In this document: in pieces, positions 16,912 to 18,831 of the stretch
Layout: every line of letters begins with the position of its first letter
Position numbering within the stretch: the first letter of the stretch is position 1
Assembly: GCA_964632315.1 (NCBI GenBank)
Contig: CAZWEM010000063.1
Span: 1-18,831 of the forward strand
DNA length: 18,831 nt
Reading direction: 5' to 3'
DNA from: an uncultured archaeon
GTDB taxonomy: Archaea; Asgardarchaeota; Lokiarchaeia; Sigyniarchaeales; SOKP01
Position numbers and translations under genes: made by a program
The notes under the pieces: generated by a model
What the model was told of the DNA's origin: nothing
Seen by the model: only the letters and a program-made list of their open reading frames with translations
Databases searched by the model: none

Positions 16912-18044
16912 GTCATTGTAACTTCTGTAATAAGGATGGACTACTAATTTCAGAGGTATTAGGTGTTTATCCTAAGTGTATCATAAATCAGAACTGGAAT
17001 AAAATAAAAAAGCACGTGATGAATATTCATTATCAAGTGAGAAAAATAGCATCTCTTCCACCATTTCTTCCCAAGATATCCAACAAAAACAAACTGAGAA
17101 GTAACTTATGTATTAATGAGTGTGAGTTACAAAACGATATAACTAGTTATTGCGAACTCAGAAACCTTAATAAAGATCTAAAAGGGGAATTACCTCTTCC
17201 ATCAAAATATAGAGAATACATCCAAGGATATACTGATCCTAATCCAACCAACTGCTGCAATGCTTGGATTTGTCCTGCTGGCACTGAAATGGGATATCCT
17301 ATTTTCTAAGATATTAAACTTCCAGAATATAATACTTATAATTATACTGTATTCCTCTACGGATGTTCTTTCAATTGCTTATTTTGTCAGAATTCATCTC
17401 ACAAGCATTTTAAAAAATCGAATCTGACAGAAACAATTTCTATAGTTCAATCGGTTGTAAATAATGAAAAGATTATTTGCCTCTGCTTTTTTGGAGGAAC
17501 TCCCGAACCCCAATCACCTTTTACAATTAATCTTTCTAAATTAATACTAACTGAGATTAAATAAAGAAATCCAAATCGCAAATTTAGAATCTGTTGGGAA
17601 TGGAATGGAAGCGGAAATCAAAAAATGACTGAAAAATGCATGAAAATCGCAATAAAAACAGGAGGCCCCATCAAGTTCGACATCAAAATATTTGAAGAGA
17701 AAATACATATTCCATTATGCGGTAATTCAAGTTCTCGCACACTGGAAAATTTCAAATTTTTAGCGGAAAATTATTTTGGAAAAAGACAAAATTTACCAGA
17801 ACTGAGTGCTTGTACATTGCTCGTACCTGGATATATTAATTACGAAGAAATTGAAAAAATTTGTCTCTGTATTAGCGAAGTCAATGAAAATATTCCTTAC
17901 AGCTTATTAATTTTTCATCCAGATCATCAAATGAAGGATCTACCTATAACACCAAGGAAGGAAACGTTTAAATGTCTTGAAATAGCTAAAAAGTACCTGA
18001 AAAATGTTAATCTTGGGAATAGCTTTTTATTAACAGTAAATTGA
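16908..18044 (+). pseudogene. disrupted radical SAM protein (PFL-activating-enzyme-like / AmmeMemoRadiSAM-related archaeal family)
   Basis: One continuous frame joins the ORF-track fragments 17016-17309 and 17625-18044. The CxxxCxxC motif (GCSFNCLFCQN, Cys codons 17364-17387), FFGGTPEP and ICWEWNG lie in the gap between them. In-frame TAA at 17307-09 and 17562-64; the expected start reads ATA (16908). Confidence 0.85.
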
Positions 18045-18175
18045 CTCAACCTAATTCAAATTGTAAAATTTACAATTTATAGTGAATATTATTAAATAAT
18101 CTAAAAAAAAATTGATCTAAATCTTGTTATAATAAAACAAAATTAATTTTAACATAATAAAGTGAGATAAATAAT

Positions 18176-18481
18176 ATGGCAAAATATGATCAAATAATGA
18201 AAGTTTTAGCGATTTTAGGCGGGTTAATAGCTCTAATAGTAGGACTTTTAGATCTTTTCGGTTTCGGTTACGGCTTCGGAGCATTTTGGGGCGTTCCTTA
18301 TCTTTTTCCTATAATCGCAATAATTCTGGGTATCTTGGTACTTCTAAGTGCTTTTAAAGGAAAACCAATCCCTTTTACTGCAGTATGGTTATTAATTTTA
18401 GGTATTTTAATTCTAATCTTTGGAAGCTGGTTAGCAGCAGTTTTAGTGATTATTGCTGGAATTTTAGGGTTTTTTAATTAA
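18176..18481 (+). CDS. small Gly-rich 3-4 TM membrane protein
   Basis: 101 aa, almost wholly hydrophobic; GTGA SD-like motif upstream; T-tract downstream. Confidence 0.75.
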   Translation: MAKYDQIMKVLAILGGLIALIVGLLDLFGFGYGFGAFWGVPYLFPIIAIILGILVLLSAFKGKPIPFTAVWLLILGILILIFGSWLAAVLVIIAGILGFFN

Positions 18482-18697
18482 CACATGATAATTCAACTTA
18501 AACATTTTCTTTTTTTTAATTTCTCCAATAACTATAGAACAATAATTAAATTATTCCTTTATTCTTTGCCCAACTAAAGCAAACTAGATAAGACTTTGGG
18601 ATTTTCTATTATTATAAAGAAAACTGATAAAATTTAAATTTATTTTAAAAATACATTTTATATAATCGATTACAAAACAAAGATACCAAAGAAGCAA

Positions 18698-18831
18698 ATG
18701 ATCGAAAATATTATTGATAGTATCTGGATCTTAGAAATTGAATCTGGAATCGTTATTTATGAAGAAATTTATAAAGATATAACAAAACATGGAATATCAA
18801 CAGATCTGATTTTAAATTTTCTTTCAGCCTT
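18698..18831 (+). CDS. 5' part of a second longin-like domain protein (truncated by the window end)
   Basis: ATG 18698, open to the window end: MIENIIDSIWILEIESGIVIYEEIYKDITKHGISTDLILNFLSA. This resembles the N-terminus of 8470-9321 (IWILDSESGITLLY...DLVSGLLAA). Confidence 0.7.
   Translation, partial: MIENIIDSIWILEIESGIVIYEEIYKDITKHGISTDLILNFLSA

Noticed and set aside
17016-18044. Two separate genes, or TAA reassignment/read-through, for the radical SAM fragments
   Set aside because: The catalytic CxxxCxxC lies between the fragments, so neither works alone. TAA is the normal stop for most genes here, and additional decay is visible.
1-18831. CRISPR arrays, tRNA/rRNA genes, transposases, integrases
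   Set aside because: No regularly spaced repeats, cloverleaf/T-loop signatures or recombinase motifs were seen by inspection; tRNAscan-SE and Infernal would be needed to exclude them formally.

Overview
AT-rich prokaryotic window that reads as an Asgard archaeon, probably Lokiarchaeia-like. This is an inference from longin-like proteins, a stand-alone RING protein, a Bud23-like methyltransferase, orphan receiver domains and archaeal-style TATA/GTGA signals. Housekeeping genes include oligoendopeptidase F, a fused GMP synthase, two divergent glutamate dehydrogenases, an ArsB/NhaD-type permease, a UDP-sugar dehydrogenase, a DUF2961/GH172 glycosidase and a DMT/NIPA-like transporter. There is also a cluster of small proteins, two tandem CheY-like receivers and a decayed radical SAM gene with two in-frame TAA stops. 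The most striking unannotated signal is a 50-codon ORF at 10892-11044, missing from the ORF track, with an in-frame TGA in a C-S-T-T-G-[TGA]-G motif and a structured 3' hairpin: a candidate new small selenoprotein. Other highlights are a Not4-type C4C4 RING mini-protein, the Bud23-like rRNA methyltransferase and several structured intergenic elements. No rRNA, tRNA, CRISPR array or mobile element was seen.
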